From positions 6,560,001 to 6,624,000 of the forward strand of contig OY761158.1 of the NCBI GenBank assembly GCA_963664405.1: a stretch of DNA of 64,000 nucleotides, in the 5' to 3' direction. The notes under the pieces were generated by a model. It made no database searches and was not told the origin of the DNA. It saw nothing but the letters and a program-made list of their open reading frames with translations. Below are positions 18,262 through 28,722 of this stretch, piece by piece (position 1 is the stretch's first letter; the number at the start of each line of letters is the position of its first letter). This stretch comes from Thermoanaerobaculia bacterium. Lineage in GTDB: Bacteria > Acidobacteriota > Thermoanaerobaculia > Multivoradales > Multivoraceae. The translations under genes and the position numbers were made by a program.

Positions 18262-20226
18262 GCTCGCGGACGCGCGAGGCTCCTCTTCTCGCACTCTTCC
18301 CTTCCACAATAGGAGTAGCGCTCCGGCCATACCTAGGGTAGCGAGAACAAGTGCTCTGCCGCTGGGGTCTTCGATCCCTTCTGCCGCGAAGACTCCGATC
18401 CCGTTGTGAATGGCGTGCCAGAGCACGGCGGGAAAGAGGGAACCGCTGACCAGGACCACAAAGGCCAAGAGGACACCCAAGCCGGCGGTGGGGAGAAAGC
18501 GGAAGAAGGACATATGAAAGAGGCCGAAGAGGAGCGCCGAGAGAAGAATCCTCTGCGCCGGCGTGCGAGCGCCCAGGCCGCTGAGCAGCAAGCCGCGAAA
18601 GAAGATTTCCTCGACGACCGCAGGCAAGACGGCGAGAAGTAGAAAGAGCCGCCAGGCTGGGGTGTCTGGCGGAAAGAGGGTCGACTGAAGCTGGACCAGC
18701 GCTTCCTCCGGAATGGGCAGAAAGGGGGAAGTGCCCTGAACCAGCCCGGCTGCCAGCACGACCCCCGACGGTGCTCCCAGCAGGACAGCGGTCCACGACG
18801 AAGGCTTGGGTAGGCGCAACCGGAGGGTCGCCCTCGGCCCAAGACGGTAACGATGGAGGAGAAAGAGAGTGGCTGCGATGAGGACTGAGAAATTGAAGCT
18901 GAGCTGTGTAATTAGGCCGGCATCCGCTCCCATGAGAAAGGAAGCCGTGAGGAGGATCGCCCAGATTACCCCGGTCCAGCGCAGGATGTCGCGCCGGAAG
19001 CGGTTGGGGCCGGTCGGCCCCTGTTCGGGCTCGAATTCCACTGAGGTAATGAGGCTCTCTCGGCCGAGGAGGCGGACCGAGAGAGCTGCCAGCCACGTCG
19101 CCGCACCCGCTGTGACGACCCAGGACGCCACGACAAAAGGGAGGTCCAGACCTCCGGCGAGCACCTCTTTCACGGCGAGGCTGAGGTTGGCGATCGGCAC
19201 CAGCACCAGGATCGAGCGTAACGACGCCGCCGGCAGTGCCGCGGCCAGTGTTGGAGCCAGGGCGAGGACGAAGACGGGAAAGTAGAAGAGCTGCGCCTCT
19301 TTGTAGCTCTTGGCGTAGGCGGAGGTGAGCAAGAGAGCGCTCGCGATGAGAGCGGCGACCGGAAGATAGAGCAAGAGGAGGAGCGCGATTCGGCCGGACG
19401 TCAGCGTGGACGCCAGATCTCCCGGAAGAGAGATGACTCCGAGGGCTTGGTACAGCCAGAGCGAGAAAAGTTGTACCACGGTAATGCTGATTGCGACAAT
19501 GAAGATCGAGAGCTGCTTGGCTCCAACCAGCGTAGTGCGACTAACAGCGGTGGTGAGCAGGGTCTCTAGAGTCCCGCGCTCCTTTTCGCCGGCCAGGCTG
19601 TCGCTCGCCACCACCGAACCCCCAACCATCAGTAGCGAGACCAAGATCGTGCTGATAAAGCGACCGAGTTGGAGACCCATGGACTCGGCGGCTGAGGCCA
19701 GGTCGCGAGTCTCGATCAGGCCGGTGGCCGAGAGCGTGGTGGGGAAGCCGCGCTCGGCGAGAAGGTTTTCGCGAATCTCGTTTCTTGACTCCACTAGGGC
19801 GCGTCGAAAACGCTCACTTCCCTCTCTCGACAGGTCACGGTCAGCGCGAAAGTAGACCCGAAAGAGAGGCAGAGACGGATCGCTCGCTTCGTTCCCACCG
19901 GCAGCGAGCGAGCTCACCCAGAATTGGATCTCTCCGTCGGCCAGTGCGCGGGCGGCGTCTCGTTGCGAGCCGTCGAGCTCGTCGAAGTCGTCGTGATTCG
20001 GCGCCGCGGCCAGGAGCTCACGAGCGATGCTTGCGGACGGTCCGTCAACCAGGAACAGATATTTCGCGGCTTCGAGGCGCTCCTCTTGTTGAGAGGTCAC
20101 GAACTGCGAGATCAGGAGCATCAGTGGCCAAACCAGAGCGGGGAGCGCGACCGCGGCGAAGAGCGCGCGAGGTGAGCGAAGTAGTTGGCGCAGCTCGCAG
20201 GCGACGAGTGCTCTGAGTACGGTCAA
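18244..20226 (-). CDS. NatB-like ABC-2 permease fused to a CPBP (CAAX/Abi) intramembrane protease domain
   Basis: [21 protein letters not shown]; C-terminal [24 protein letters not shown]; TTG start overlaps the upstream stop. Confidence 0.85.
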   Translation of the reverse strand: MTVLRALVACELRQLLRSPRALFAAVALPALVWPLMLLISQFVTSQQEERLEAAKYLFLVDGPSASIARELLAAAPNHDDFDELDGSQRDAARALADGEIQFWVSSLAAGGNEASDPSLPLFRVYFRADRDLSREGSERFRRALVESRNEIRENLLAERGFPTTLSATGLIETRDLASAAESMGLQLGRFISTILVSLLMVGGSVVASDSLAGEKERGTLETLLTTAVSRTTLVGAKQLSIFIVAISITVVQLFSLWLYQALGVISLPGDLASTLTSGRIALLLLLYLPVAALIASALLLTSAYAKSYKEAQLFYFPVFVLALAPTLAAALPAASLRSILVLVPIANLSLAVKEVLAGGLDLPFVVASWVVTAGAATWLAALSVRLLGRESLITSVEFEPEQGPTGPNRFRRDILRWTGVIWAILLTASFLMGADAGLITQLSFNFSVLIAATLFLLHRYRLGPRATLRLRLPKPSSWTAVLLGAPSGVVLAAGLVQGTSPFLPIPEEALVQLQSTLFPPDTPAWRLFLLLAVLPAVVEEIFFRGLLLSGLGARTPAQRILLSALLFGLFHMSFFRFLPTAGLGVLLAFVVLVSGSLFPAVLWHAIHNGIGVFAAEGIEDPSGRALVLATLGMAGALLLLWKGRVREEEPRASASSETIS

Positions 20227-20996
20227 GGCTGCGCCTTCACCGAGTCGCTTTCGATGCCCTGTACGATCTGGACGAAAATGTCTTCCAGGTAGTGAAGTCC
20301 GGTGCTCTCCCGCAGCCCCTCGAGAGTGTCGCAGGCGTGGATCTGACCGAGATGGATGATCGCGATGCGGTCGCAAAGGCGCTCCGCCTCGCTCATGATG
20401 TGGGTGGAGAAGACCACCGTCTTGCCCTCATCTCTCAGCTCCGCGATCACTTTTTGCAGCTCGATCGAATTGAGAACGTCGAGTCCGATCGTGGGCTCGT
20501 CGAAGATGAGCACTGGAGGGTCGTGGGCGATAGTGCGGGCGATCGAGACTTTTTGCTTCATTCCGGTCGAGAGCTGCTCGATGCGTACATCGGCGTAGTC
20601 CGCGAGACCGAATCGGGCGATGAGCTCGGCGCAACGGCTCTCGGCACGAGTCTCCGAAAGCCCATTGACCACGGCGAAAAGGCGCAGGGTCTCGCGCGCG
20701 GTGAGTCGCGGATAGAGCGCAGTGGAGACCGAGTAAAAGCCGAGGTTCCGACGAACCTCCTGCGGCTCCTGACATACGTCATGGCCCATGAGCTTGGCGG
20801 TTCCCGAGCTCGGTGCGAGAACGGTCGACAGCATCCGCAGCGTGGTCGTTTTGCCCGCGCCGTTGGCTCCGAGGAGGCCGAAGATCTCCCCTCCACTACA
20901 AGAGAAGGTGACCTCGTCGACGGCGGCGATGCGCCCCCGACTGCGATCCCAGAATGCTTTACTCAGGCCTTCGACCTGGACCGGTAGGAGATTCAT
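20223..20996 (-). CDS. NatA-like ABC transporter ATP-binding protein
   Basis: GANGAGKTT, LSTGMKQKV, IFDEPTIGLD, STH; ATGA overlap with the upstream permease. Confidence 0.9.
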   Translation of the reverse strand: MNLLPVQVEGLSKAFWDRSRGRIAAVDEVTFSCSGGEIFGLLGANGAGKTTTLRMLSTVLAPSSGTAKLMGHDVCQEPQEVRRNLGFYSVSTALYPRLTARETLRLFAVVNGLSETRAESRCAELIARFGLADYADVRIEQLSTGMKQKVSIARTIAHDPPVLIFDEPTIGLDVLNSIELQKVIAELRDEGKTVVFSTHIMSEAERLCDRIAIIHLGQIHACDTLEGLRESTGLHYLEDIFVQIVQGIESDSVKAQP

Positions 20997-22246
20997 GATT
21001 CCGCTGGGGTGCTCCCTCTCCATTTGTCTTTCAAGAAGCGCAGTGGACCCCCGACGTAGGAGCCGGTGATGACTTCCTCATAGCGAAGGAGGCGGATACC
21101 GAGGGTAAGGAGTGCTGCAATCAGTGTGAGCTGGACTACGACCGTGAGGGTCGCCGGTCCCCAGGGGACGTTTCCGCTGATTGCCTCTCGGACCAACATC
21201 GCGACGTTTACAACCGGAATCGCGGCCAGGGTCATCGACAGCTCGAGGCCCTCGCGAGTCAAGAACACTACCGGCAAAAAGGCGACGAGGTATACGGGGC
21301 TCACCATCGCTTGGCCCTCTCTGAAGGTTCGAGCGAAGAGAGCAGGGATCATCATTGCGGCGGCGACGGAGGCCGCCAACAGAATGGCCCCGACGAGCAG
21401 AAAGGGAAGCGAGCTCAAGGGGATTCTCACACTCAGGTCGGCGCCTGAGTCAGCGATGAGCGGAGCTAGGACCGAGGTCATGGTGAGCATCATCGCCAGC
21501 AAGTTCAAGACGCCGGCGATGCAGCCGAGGGTTGTCACGTAGAGGTACTTGGCGCACACCACACTGGTGCGCGAAGCCGCCAGGGTCAGAGTCGTCTCCC
21601 ATGTCCCTCGCTCGTGCTCGCCTGCGGTGGTGTCGACCGCCGGGTACTGGCAGCCGACGGCGACCATGATGACGAAGTAGAGAGGTACAACCAGACCCAA
21701 GAGCATGGCTCCCATATCGGCTCCGCTGGCGACGTTCTCGCTCTCGATGGTAAATCGCTCCCATTCTTGATGAGATAGCGTGCTGGCTGCGCGCCTCTCC
21801 AGCCACTGTTCCCGATGCTCTTCGAGCAAGGAGAGGAGTCTTTGGCCCGCGAGCGCACTTGCTTCTCGCGCGGAGTCGAAGGCGACTTCCGCGCGGAAGG
21901 AGCCCTCTTCTTCCGGCAGCGTCTCGAAACGTAACGCTGCATCGAGATCGCCACTGTTGATGAGCTCCTCCACCGATGCGGTTGGCTCGTCGACGATTTC
22001 CAGGCGGGGCTCTGCAGCAATGCTCTGGCTCAGCGCGTCGTGCTCTGCCGGTACGTCACTGATGACGACTCGATTGGCGACTCTTTCGCTCTGGCCCTGT
22101 ACCAAGAGCATCCCATTGATGAGGAACCACAAGAGGACGGGATAGAGGAGAACCGGGATGAGGACGGTGTTGATGACGACACTTCGCTCGCGGAAAGCGC
22201 TCCGGAGCTCCGCGAGGTAAAGAAGCCGGATGTCGCGCCAGCTCAA
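20993..22246 (-). CDS. NatB-like ABC-2 permease
   Basis: AGEHERGTWETTL, FARTFREGQ, multiple TM segments; TTG start overlaps the upstream stop. Confidence 0.85.
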   Translation of the reverse strand: MSWRDIRLLYLAELRSAFRERSVVINTVLIPVLLYPVLLWFLINGMLLVQGQSERVANRVVISDVPAEHDALSQSIAAEPRLEIVDEPTASVEELINSGDLDAALRFETLPEEEGSFRAEVAFDSAREASALAGQRLLSLLEEHREQWLERRAASTLSHQEWERFTIESENVASGADMGAMLLGLVVPLYFVIMVAVGCQYPAVDTTAGEHERGTWETTLTLAASRTSVVCAKYLYVTTLGCIAGVLNLLAMMLTMTSVLAPLIADSGADLSVRIPLSSLPFLLVGAILLAASVAAAMMIPALFARTFREGQAMVSPVYLVAFLPVVFLTREGLELSMTLAAIPVVNVAMLVREAISGNVPWGPATLTVVVQLTLIAALLTLGIRLLRYEEVITGSYVGGPLRFLKDKWRGSTPAES

Positions 22247-22554
22247 TCGCTCTCCCACCCGGCGGAGGGGTGGGCGAGAAGCTCACGGACTTCCTCTGCA
22301 TCCTCCGGGCACACGCGGAGGCTGACGCCCAAAGAGGATGGCTTGAAAAGGCCGTTCGCCGGCGACAGCGGAATCATTCCCAGCGAGTGCTCACCCTGGA
22401 CTTCGTATTGCAGCCCGGCCGAGTCGAGCAGGCCCTTGACTACCGAGAGCAGGGCCAGATCCTGGGTATGAAAGACCTTGACCAGGGATGGGGCGTCGCG
22501 CTGGCTCATCAATAACTCATCGGATCGGTTGCTCTCTGGCTGCTCGGTGTCCAT
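22243..22554 (-). CDS. Small DUF2007-like putative signal-transducing protein
   Basis: LVKVF...VVKGLLDSAGL.YEVQGE...VSLRVCPEDAEEVRELL pattern. Confidence 0.7.
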   Translation of the reverse strand: MDTEQPESNRSDELLMSQRDAPSLVKVFHTQDLALLSVVKGLLDSAGLQYEVQGEHSLGMIPLSPANGLFKPSSLGVSLRVCPEDAEEVRELLAHPSAGWESD

Positions 22555-22609
22555 TGTAGCGGCTCTCGGAGAAGTCTCGACGGGTTGCTGGGAGCTATGA
22601 TGGCGGGAC

Positions 22610-23989
22610 ATGGGTACACCCGATTCTCTGGGCCGGTCCCTGACCGTCTATCTCCGGCCGAGGCAGTTGGTCGTTCTTGCGCTAGGTATCGCCCAGGGAG
22701 CACCCTTCGCTCTGATTGCCGGCACGTTGACGTATTGGCTTTCGAAACTGGGCGTCGACAAGTCGACGGTCGGTCTCTTCTTCTTGACCGGTCTTTCTTA
22801 CTCGCTGAAGCCGGTCTGGTCGCCGCTCATCGATCGCGTCCGATTGCCCTTCTTCGGATCCAAGTTCGGCCAGCGGCGAAGCTGGCTTTTTCTTCTTCAG
22901 AGCCTCCTCATCGTCGCGATCATCGCTCTCGGGCATTCGAACCCCGGGGAGCGTATCGGCCTTGCCGCGGTCTTGGCGGCGCTCATCGGGTTCCTCTCGG
23001 CCAGTCAAGACATCGTAATCGATGCTTATCGGATCGAGATATTGGAGGATGACGAACAGGGGGCGGGTGCGGCCTCCATCCAATTCGGTTGGCGTGTCGG
23101 TGCCTGGTTATGTGGCGGAGTGACTTTGGGGATCGCCGGTGTTTGGGGCTATATGGCCGCTTATACGGTCTCCGCTTTCTTCATTCTCCCTGGCGCGGTC
23201 GCGGCTGTGCTGTGGGGAGAGCCGCGATCGGTGGAAACGCCGGAAGCGGCTCGACTTCGCCAGGGGGCTGAGGCGTTTCTCGCTGCCAGGAAGATTCGCG
23301 GTTCGACCGCCGAATGGGTGGCGTGGCTGCAGATGGCGGTGGTCGCGCCCTTCGTCGAGTTCATGAAGCGCCCGGGTTGGTGGCTGATCCTGATCTTCAT
23401 CCTACTGTTCAAGTTCGGAGATGCCGTAGCTGCCAACCAGACTAGCCCGCTGCTGGTCGAGCTGGGCTTCAGCGAGCTCGAGACGGCGCTCGGCGTCAAG
23501 ACCGCTGGGCTCCCGCCCTTGTTTGTCGGTATCGCGTTGGGAGGCTCGCTCTACTTTATTGCCGGCGCCTACCGCTCACTACTGATAACCGGCGCCCTGA
23601 TGATGCTGACCAACCTGATGTTCGTCGGCCTGGCGGCTGCCGGCCACAGCATGCCGATGTTGATGGCGACGATCGCGTTCGAGAATTTCGCCAGCGGCTT
23701 GGGGGGGACGGCGGTGGTCGCGTATCTCTCGGGCATGTGCAACCGAAGTTTTACTGCCACCCAATACGCGCTGCTTTCTGCGGTGACGTTGATCCCCAGG
23801 AGTCTTTTCGCGAGCTTTTCGGGGTTTCTGGCCGAAGTCGTCGACTGGGAGACCTTCTTCCTGATCTCTACCGTGGTCGCGCTACCCGGCATTCTCATGT
23901 TGGTTGCGATGCGGCGGATTGCTTTCACCGCGGACGGAATGCCAAGGCTGCGCCATGATGCCGACTCCCGAGAGGCAGCCGAGTTCTAG
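22610..23989 (+). CDS. ampG: AmpG-family muropeptide MFS permease
   Basis: LGIAQGAP, LKPVWSPLIDR, GQRRSWL, SASQDIVIDAYRIE, FKFGDA, FTATQYALLS. Confidence 0.9.
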   Translation: MGTPDSLGRSLTVYLRPRQLVVLALGIAQGAPFALIAGTLTYWLSKLGVDKSTVGLFFLTGLSYSLKPVWSPLIDRVRLPFFGSKFGQRRSWLFLLQSLLIVAIIALGHSNPGERIGLAAVLAALIGFLSASQDIVIDAYRIEILEDDEQGAGAASIQFGWRVGAWLCGGVTLGIAGVWGYMAAYTVSAFFILPGAVAAVLWGEPRSVETPEAARLRQGAEAFLAARKIRGSTAEWVAWLQMAVVAPFVEFMKRPGWWLILIFILLFKFGDAVAANQTSPLLVELGFSELETALGVKTAGLPPLFVGIALGGSLYFIAGAYRSLLITGALMMLTNLMFVGLAAAGHSMPMLMATIAFENFASGLGGTAVVAYLSGMCNRSFTATQYALLSAVTLIPRSLFASFSGFLAEVVDWETFFLISTVVALPGILMLVAMRRIAFTADGMPRLRHDADSREAAEF

Positions 23990-24114
23990 GGCGGGGAGCC
24001 AGCCCAGGAGGAGGGGGCCCTTGTCTCCGAGGGATTGTGTATAATCGGAAGACATATGGAGCCGTGCACTGGTGCGACATCCGTCGTGCCCTGTCAAAAC
24101 TTTAGGAGAGCAAC

Positions 24115-25788
24115 ATGCTGAAAAAGCGTGTGATCCTTGCGATCGCGATCGCTGGCCTCGGAGTCATAGCGTGGGCCGCAAACAACCCTTCCTCGACGAG
24201 CGACGTCACCCTTTCGGGCTTGGTGGTCGACAATGCCGGCAAGCCGGTGCGGGGAGCCACCGTAACCGCCTTCGACGATGCCATTGGCAAGAGCATCTCG
24301 GTCTACAGCCGAGAAGACGGGAGTTACAGCCTGTCCGGGCTCGAGGCGAAGGACTACACTCTCCGAGCGAGACTTCTCGGCATGGACGACTCTGCCATCG
24401 AAGTGGCTGCGAGCCGTTCGGGCAATCACAAGCTGGTGATGAATCCGGCATCGGACCTCAACGAGCAACGACCCGCCAACAGCCGCCTCGATCTTCTGCA
24501 TTGGGAGAACGAGAAGGACGGGCAGAACTTCCGCATGATGTGCATCTACTGTCATCAGATAGGCACCGAGGGCTTTCGCAGTCCCGAGGAGCCGGTGGAC
24601 TGGGAAGTCATGGTGACGCGGATGGACGGCTTCAAGGGGCTCTACGAGCACACCCAGGGCATCTTGGTCGACAAGCTCCTCGCCACCTACGGGCTGGGGG
24701 CGGAAGAGAACTGGCCCACCTATCAGCCGCCGGAGAGGCCTTCTGGAGATGCTCTTCTGGCCGAGGTCACCGAGTGGAAGATGGGCAAAGAGAACGAAGC
24801 CATGATCCACGATCTCGAGGTCGGTCGCGACGGCAAGATCTACACCGTCGACATGCTCTCAGATGCGATCTCGGTCCTGGACCCGGTGACCGGCGAGCGT
24901 GAGAACTACACGTTTCCCGGTGGAAAGGAATACAACTCCACCGACGGAACCGTCAAGGGCCCTCATTCGGTCGAGGTCGCGCCCAATGGTGACCTCTGGT
25001 TCACCTTGGCAATCTCCGGCGAGATGGCGAAGTTCGATCCGAAGACCAAGGAGTTTACGGTGGTTTCGGGCCACCCGACGCGCAAGCGCTCCGGGTATCC
25101 CCACACACTTCGAGTTGCCCCAGAGGGTGACAAGGTGTGGTGGACGGATGCCGGTATGGGTGTGTTTTCGATCGACACCGCCAGCTACGACGTGAAGTTC
25201 TACGAACTGCCGAGCGCCGACCAGGTGCGTGGCACGGGTGCCAGCGGCGAGTCTCGAGGGTTGACACCCTACGGCATCGACATCGCCCCTAATGGCAAGG
25301 TCTGGTACACCAAGCTGAACGGCCAGCGTGTCGGTCGCATCGATCCTTCGAAGCCGGACGGCGATCCCGATCAGATCGTCGAGTGGGAGCCCCCGGTCCA
25401 CGGTCCTCGTCGCCTTCATGTGGCACCCGACGGTCTGGTGTGGGTGCCGGGTTGGGCGAGCGGAAATATCGCCAGTTTTGACGAGACGCTCGAAGAGTGG
25501 GGGATTTACGATCTGCCGAACGGGAAGAACTCGATGCCCTACGCGCTCAACATCCACCCCAAGACGGGTGACATCTGGATCTGCGGCACCGGCAGCGACT
25601 CGATGTTGAAGTTCAACCCGAAGACCCAGGAGTTCACCGAGTATCGGATGCCGACGCGTGTGACCTACACCCGCGAGATAGAGTTCGACGACGAGGGTAA
25701 TATTTGGTTGAGCAACTCCAACTACCCGACTCGCCACATCGAGAACCGCCACGGTTCGATAATCAAGCTGGCCCTACTAGAAGAGTAG
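24115..25788 (+). CDS. Exported carboxypeptidase-regulatory-like + c-type heme + Vgb-like beta-propeller protein
   Basis: Signal peptide; LSGLVVDNAGKPVRGATV; CIYCH heme motif; repeated P(H/Y)-x5-PxG-x-(L/V)W(F/Y)T propeller blades. Confidence 0.8.
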   Translation: MLKKRVILAIAIAGLGVIAWAANNPSSTSDVTLSGLVVDNAGKPVRGATVTAFDDAIGKSISVYSREDGSYSLSGLEAKDYTLRARLLGMDDSAIEVAASRSGNHKLVMNPASDLNEQRPANSRLDLLHWENEKDGQNFRMMCIYCHQIGTEGFRSPEEPVDWEVMVTRMDGFKGLYEHTQGILVDKLLATYGLGAEENWPTYQPPERPSGDALLAEVTEWKMGKENEAMIHDLEVGRDGKIYTVDMLSDAISVLDPVTGERENYTFPGGKEYNSTDGTVKGPHSVEVAPNGDLWFTLAISGEMAKFDPKTKEFTVVSGHPTRKRSGYPHTLRVAPEGDKVWWTDAGMGVFSIDTASYDVKFYELPSADQVRGTGASGESRGLTPYGIDIAPNGKVWYTKLNGQRVGRIDPSKPDGDPDQIVEWEPPVHGPRRLHVAPDGLVWVPGWASGNIASFDETLEEWGIYDLPNGKNSMPYALNIHPKTGDIWICGTGSDSMLKFNPKTQEFTEYRMPTRVTYTREIEFDDEGNIWLSNSNYPTRHIENRHGSIIKLALLEE

Positions 25789-25812
25789 TCGCTAACCGAT
25801 AACGAAGCCTCT

Positions 25813-25844
25813 AGGGTCGGCGTTCTACGCCGGCCCTTTTTTTT
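25813..25844 (+). terminator. Rho-independent terminator
   Basis: AGGGTCGGCGT-tct-ACGCCGGCCCT stem-loop followed by a T run, between convergent genes. Confidence 0.8.
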
Positions 25845-25920
25845 GGGCCCCAGCGGCCTTCTTCGAGGCAAGGGCGGTCGCCTTTTCCGAAGGCGGGGGC
25901 CAGCGCCCGTCCTGCACGGC

Positions 25921-27282
25921 CTACTCGAAGGTGATGAGAAGCTCTCGGAACTCGGCCTCGCCGACCTCGTCGATGGAGCGAAGGAAGGCGACCAGGGGCG
26001 CGATGTCGCTCTCGGCTAGATTCATCAACAGGTAGTCAGGATCGATCGAGTGGAGCTTGCCTTCTCTTGCCAGGCTGTTTACTCGCACGATGTCCGCTAC
26101 CGCCGACTCCAGTGTCGGGTACGCTCCGTTGTGCATGTAGGGATCGGTCCGCGGTAGGTTGCGGAGGCTCGGAGTGCGGAAGGCTCCGATCATGCGCTGC
26201 AGCAGGGCGTCGTCAGTCTCGCCCTCTACGCGCTGCGGACTGTTTTCGAGATCGACCCAGTTCCAATGTCCGAGATCGATCTTGCTCTTGTTCGACTTCG
26301 TCGGCACGGCGAGAAAGTCGGGGTCGGGGCGTCTTCCAGCGGCGGCCGCCTCGGCGATGGGGAGCTTGGCGAAGGCACGAGCAGAGTTGACGTCGGTGTA
26401 CTCGAGCTCACTGATTCCGGTGTTGTGAAAGAGACCGTCGGTAAAGCCGGGGGGGACGTGGCAGGAGACACAATTGCCGACGGACGCGTTCCCTTCAACC
26501 CGGAAGAAGGTCTTGAATCCTTGGTAGGCCTCCTCGCTGAACCCCACCGGGCGCTTGATCAGAACGCGACCTTCTTGGTTGGTCAGGCGGCCGTAGATTC
26601 GGCCGGCGTAGTGCTTGGGATCTTCGTCGCGAGCGGGACCCAGCGGAATTCGGTTCTGGTCGGCGAAGGCATCCCAGGTGGCGGTCCGTGCGGACTGGAT
26701 CTCGCCGGTGTACTGGGTGAGAGCTCGAACCGTGAGATCCACGACTTCTTTCTCCGAGAGAGTCTCGATATCGACCCGGTAGGCGGCTTGGAACTTGGGT
26801 CGATAGTCGACGGCAGGATCGTCGAGGAGGGCGGTCTTGAGCTGCCCCTCGGCCCGCGCTCGATCTTTGGACTGCCAGCCCAGATGGTTGGAGAAGATCT
26901 TCTCTCGTACCAGCTCCGCGAGGGAGGCGAAGCGACCGTCGATGCCGAATCTGTGAGCGCCATCGAGGTCGAGGAGGGCCGGCGTGTTGCGGAGGGTGGT
27001 CTCCTGCCTCGCCGAGCCTTGCCCTGGCATCAGGCTGCGGGGTACCTGTTCTGAGTAGAAGCGTTCCCTTCCGCCTCTCGGAGCCTTGCCGACGAAGTGA
27101 CAGCCACCACAGCCCGATTGAAAAGTGGCTCCGGGATTGTTGAGTGTGGTCTCGAAGAAGAGGAGCTCACCGAGCTCGCGTTGGGCCTTTGAGCTGCGGT
27201 TCTGCGAATGCAGGCCCGAGCCCGCCACGCTGCTTGCAAGGATTGCGGTGAGGGCGACTACGCGCCCCAAGCTAGGGTTCAC
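25921..27282 (-). CDS. Di-heme cytochrome c peroxidase/MauG-superfamily protein
   Basis: LGELLFFE, CGGCH, RNTPAL, NCVSCH, FTDGLFHNTG, FRTPSLRNL..TDPYMHNG; signal peptide. Confidence 0.85.
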   Translation of the reverse strand: MNPSLGRVVALTAILASSVAGSGLHSQNRSSKAQRELGELLFFETTLNNPGATFQSGCGGCHFVGKAPRGGRERFYSEQVPRSLMPGQGSARQETTLRNTPALLDLDGAHRFGIDGRFASLAELVREKIFSNHLGWQSKDRARAEGQLKTALLDDPAVDYRPKFQAAYRVDIETLSEKEVVDLTVRALTQYTGEIQSARTATWDAFADQNRIPLGPARDEDPKHYAGRIYGRLTNQEGRVLIKRPVGFSEEAYQGFKTFFRVEGNASVGNCVSCHVPPGFTDGLFHNTGISELEYTDVNSARAFAKLPIAEAAAAGRRPDPDFLAVPTKSNKSKIDLGHWNWVDLENSPQRVEGETDDALLQRMIGAFRTPSLRNLPRTDPYMHNGAYPTLESAVADIVRVNSLAREGKLHSIDPDYLLMNLAESDIAPLVAFLRSIDEVGEAEFRELLITFE

Positions 27283-27303
27283 CAGGTTTTCCTCCGATAC
27301 TAG

Positions 27304-28059
27304 TTATTCAACTCCGACGGCTTCTCCGAGGGTCGGGCCGATCTCGCCGTGAATCACGAGGTCGGCGAGCTTATCTTGGTCCGTCTCTTCCCGATTGAGA
27401 ATGACCAGCTTCGCGCCATTGCGCTTCGCGAGCGCGGGGAAGCCCGCGGCAGGGTACACGACCAGAGACGACCCGGTGGCGAGGAGCAGGTCGCAAGACA
27501 GGGTGGCCTCTTCACTCCGTTGCATCTCTTCGATCGGCATCGCCTGTCCGAAGGAGATCGTTGCTGTCTTGACAATGCCCCCGCAGCTCTCGCAGACCGG
27601 AAGGATGTCCTTCTCCTCGAAGAGCTCCATGAGTGGCTCGAGCTCGTGACGCCGGTCGCAATCGAGGCATTTGGCGTAGGTCGCGTTCCCATGCAGCTCG
27701 ATGACCCGGTCTGCGTCGATGCCGGATGTCTGATGCAATCCGTCGACGTTCTGGGTAATGACGGTCTGGCACGTGCCACGCCGGCACAGCTCCGCGATCG
27801 CTCGGTGTCCGCGGTTGGGCAGAGCTCTTTCAAAGCTTCCGTCGGAAGAGCTCTTGCGCTGCCAGGACTCGCGGCGCTTCTCCTCCGAGCTTACGAAGTC
27901 CTGGAAGTAGATCGGTTGAACTCGGGTCCAGATGCCACCGGGGCTGCGAAAATCGGGGATTCCCGACTCGGTGCTGATGCCGGCGCCGGTGAACGCCACC
28001 ATGCTCTCACTGGCATCCAGGAGCTCGCGAAGCCGCTGGAGATCAGCTCGAGTCGACAT
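27304..28059 (-). CDS. cobB: Sir2-family NAD-dependent deacylase
   Basis: TGAGISTESGIPDFR, ITQNVDGLH, ELHG, two CxxC pairs, GSSLVVYPAA; likely ATG at 28059. Confidence 0.92.
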   Translation of the reverse strand: MSTRADLQRLRELLDASESMVAFTGAGISTESGIPDFRSPGGIWTRVQPIYFQDFVSSEEKRRESWQRKSSSDGSFERALPNRGHRAIAELCRRGTCQTVITQNVDGLHQTSGIDADRVIELHGNATYAKCLDCDRRHELEPLMELFEEKDILPVCESCGGIVKTATISFGQAMPIEEMQRSEEATLSCDLLLATGSSLVVYPAAGFPALAKRNGAKLVILNREETDQDKLADLVIHGEIGPTLGEAVGVE

Positions 28060-28567
28060 CAGCGCCTCCGGAGGGTTCTTCGCCAACCGGTTCTTCGCGG
28101 AGCTCGAAGTCCTTGCCGCAACACCAGCACGGACCCGGCGCGGTTGCGGTGATGTTACAGACTTCGCAGCGGTAATGGACGTGGTATCGGCGACCCTGGT
28201 GGAGAGAGTAAACGGAGAGAATCTCGAAGGCATCCCCTTGACGGCGCCAGCCGACTAGTTCCAGCTCCCGCTGTCTCACGATCGGATCTATGAACATCTC
28301 GACTCGAGGGTCGTCGGCGAGGAGTCTCAGTCTCTCTCCGCCTGAGGTGACCAAGGCGAACCCCGCTCCCGGCAGGTTGCAAGGGTCTTGGCCGGGGTCC
28401 TCCCGGGAGGCCGCTTCGACGCACTCGACTCGGCCTCGGAGGGTCATAGGTTCCTCCGTGCTCGCCGCGTCGGTCTCACCAAGGGCCCAGCCAGAGGCGG
28501 ATAAAACGAGAACTAGGGCGCCCCAGAGCTGCGGATGGCGCACTGGCATTGCCGGGAACTTTAGCAT
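28043..28567 (-). CDS. Hypothetical exported protein with a C-terminal Cys cluster
   Basis: GGAGG before ATG 28567; hydrophobic leader; RCEVC-x8-CWCC. Confidence 0.65.
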   Translation of the reverse strand: MLKFPAMPVRHPQLWGALVLVLSASGWALGETDAASTEEPMTLRGRVECVEAASREDPGQDPCNLPGAGFALVTSGGERLRLLADDPRVEMFIDPIVRQRELELVGWRRQGDAFEILSVYSLHQGRRYHVHYRCEVCNITATAPGPCWCCGKDFELREEPVGEEPSGGADVDSS

Positions 28568-28722
28568 GATGCCGCCCTCCTTTCGGAGCACCGAGGCTCG
28601 CTTGCCGGAGTCTCTCAGGCCGGATCGAGCGCCGTCCGTTGCTGCTGTAGTAAACTCGCCCGACTTCCAGGCCCGGTCGCTCGACCAGGTTCCCACCAAG
28701 AAAGAAACAGGAGCCCAGTCTC

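Noticed and set aside
24115-25788. Streptogramin B resistance gene (vgb)
   Set aside because: Only the propeller fold is shared; the signal peptide, Ig-like domain and heme motif indicate a different function
27304-28059. Sir2-based anti-phage system
   Set aside because: Standard zinc-binding CobB-type deacylase with no fused or adjacent defence partner
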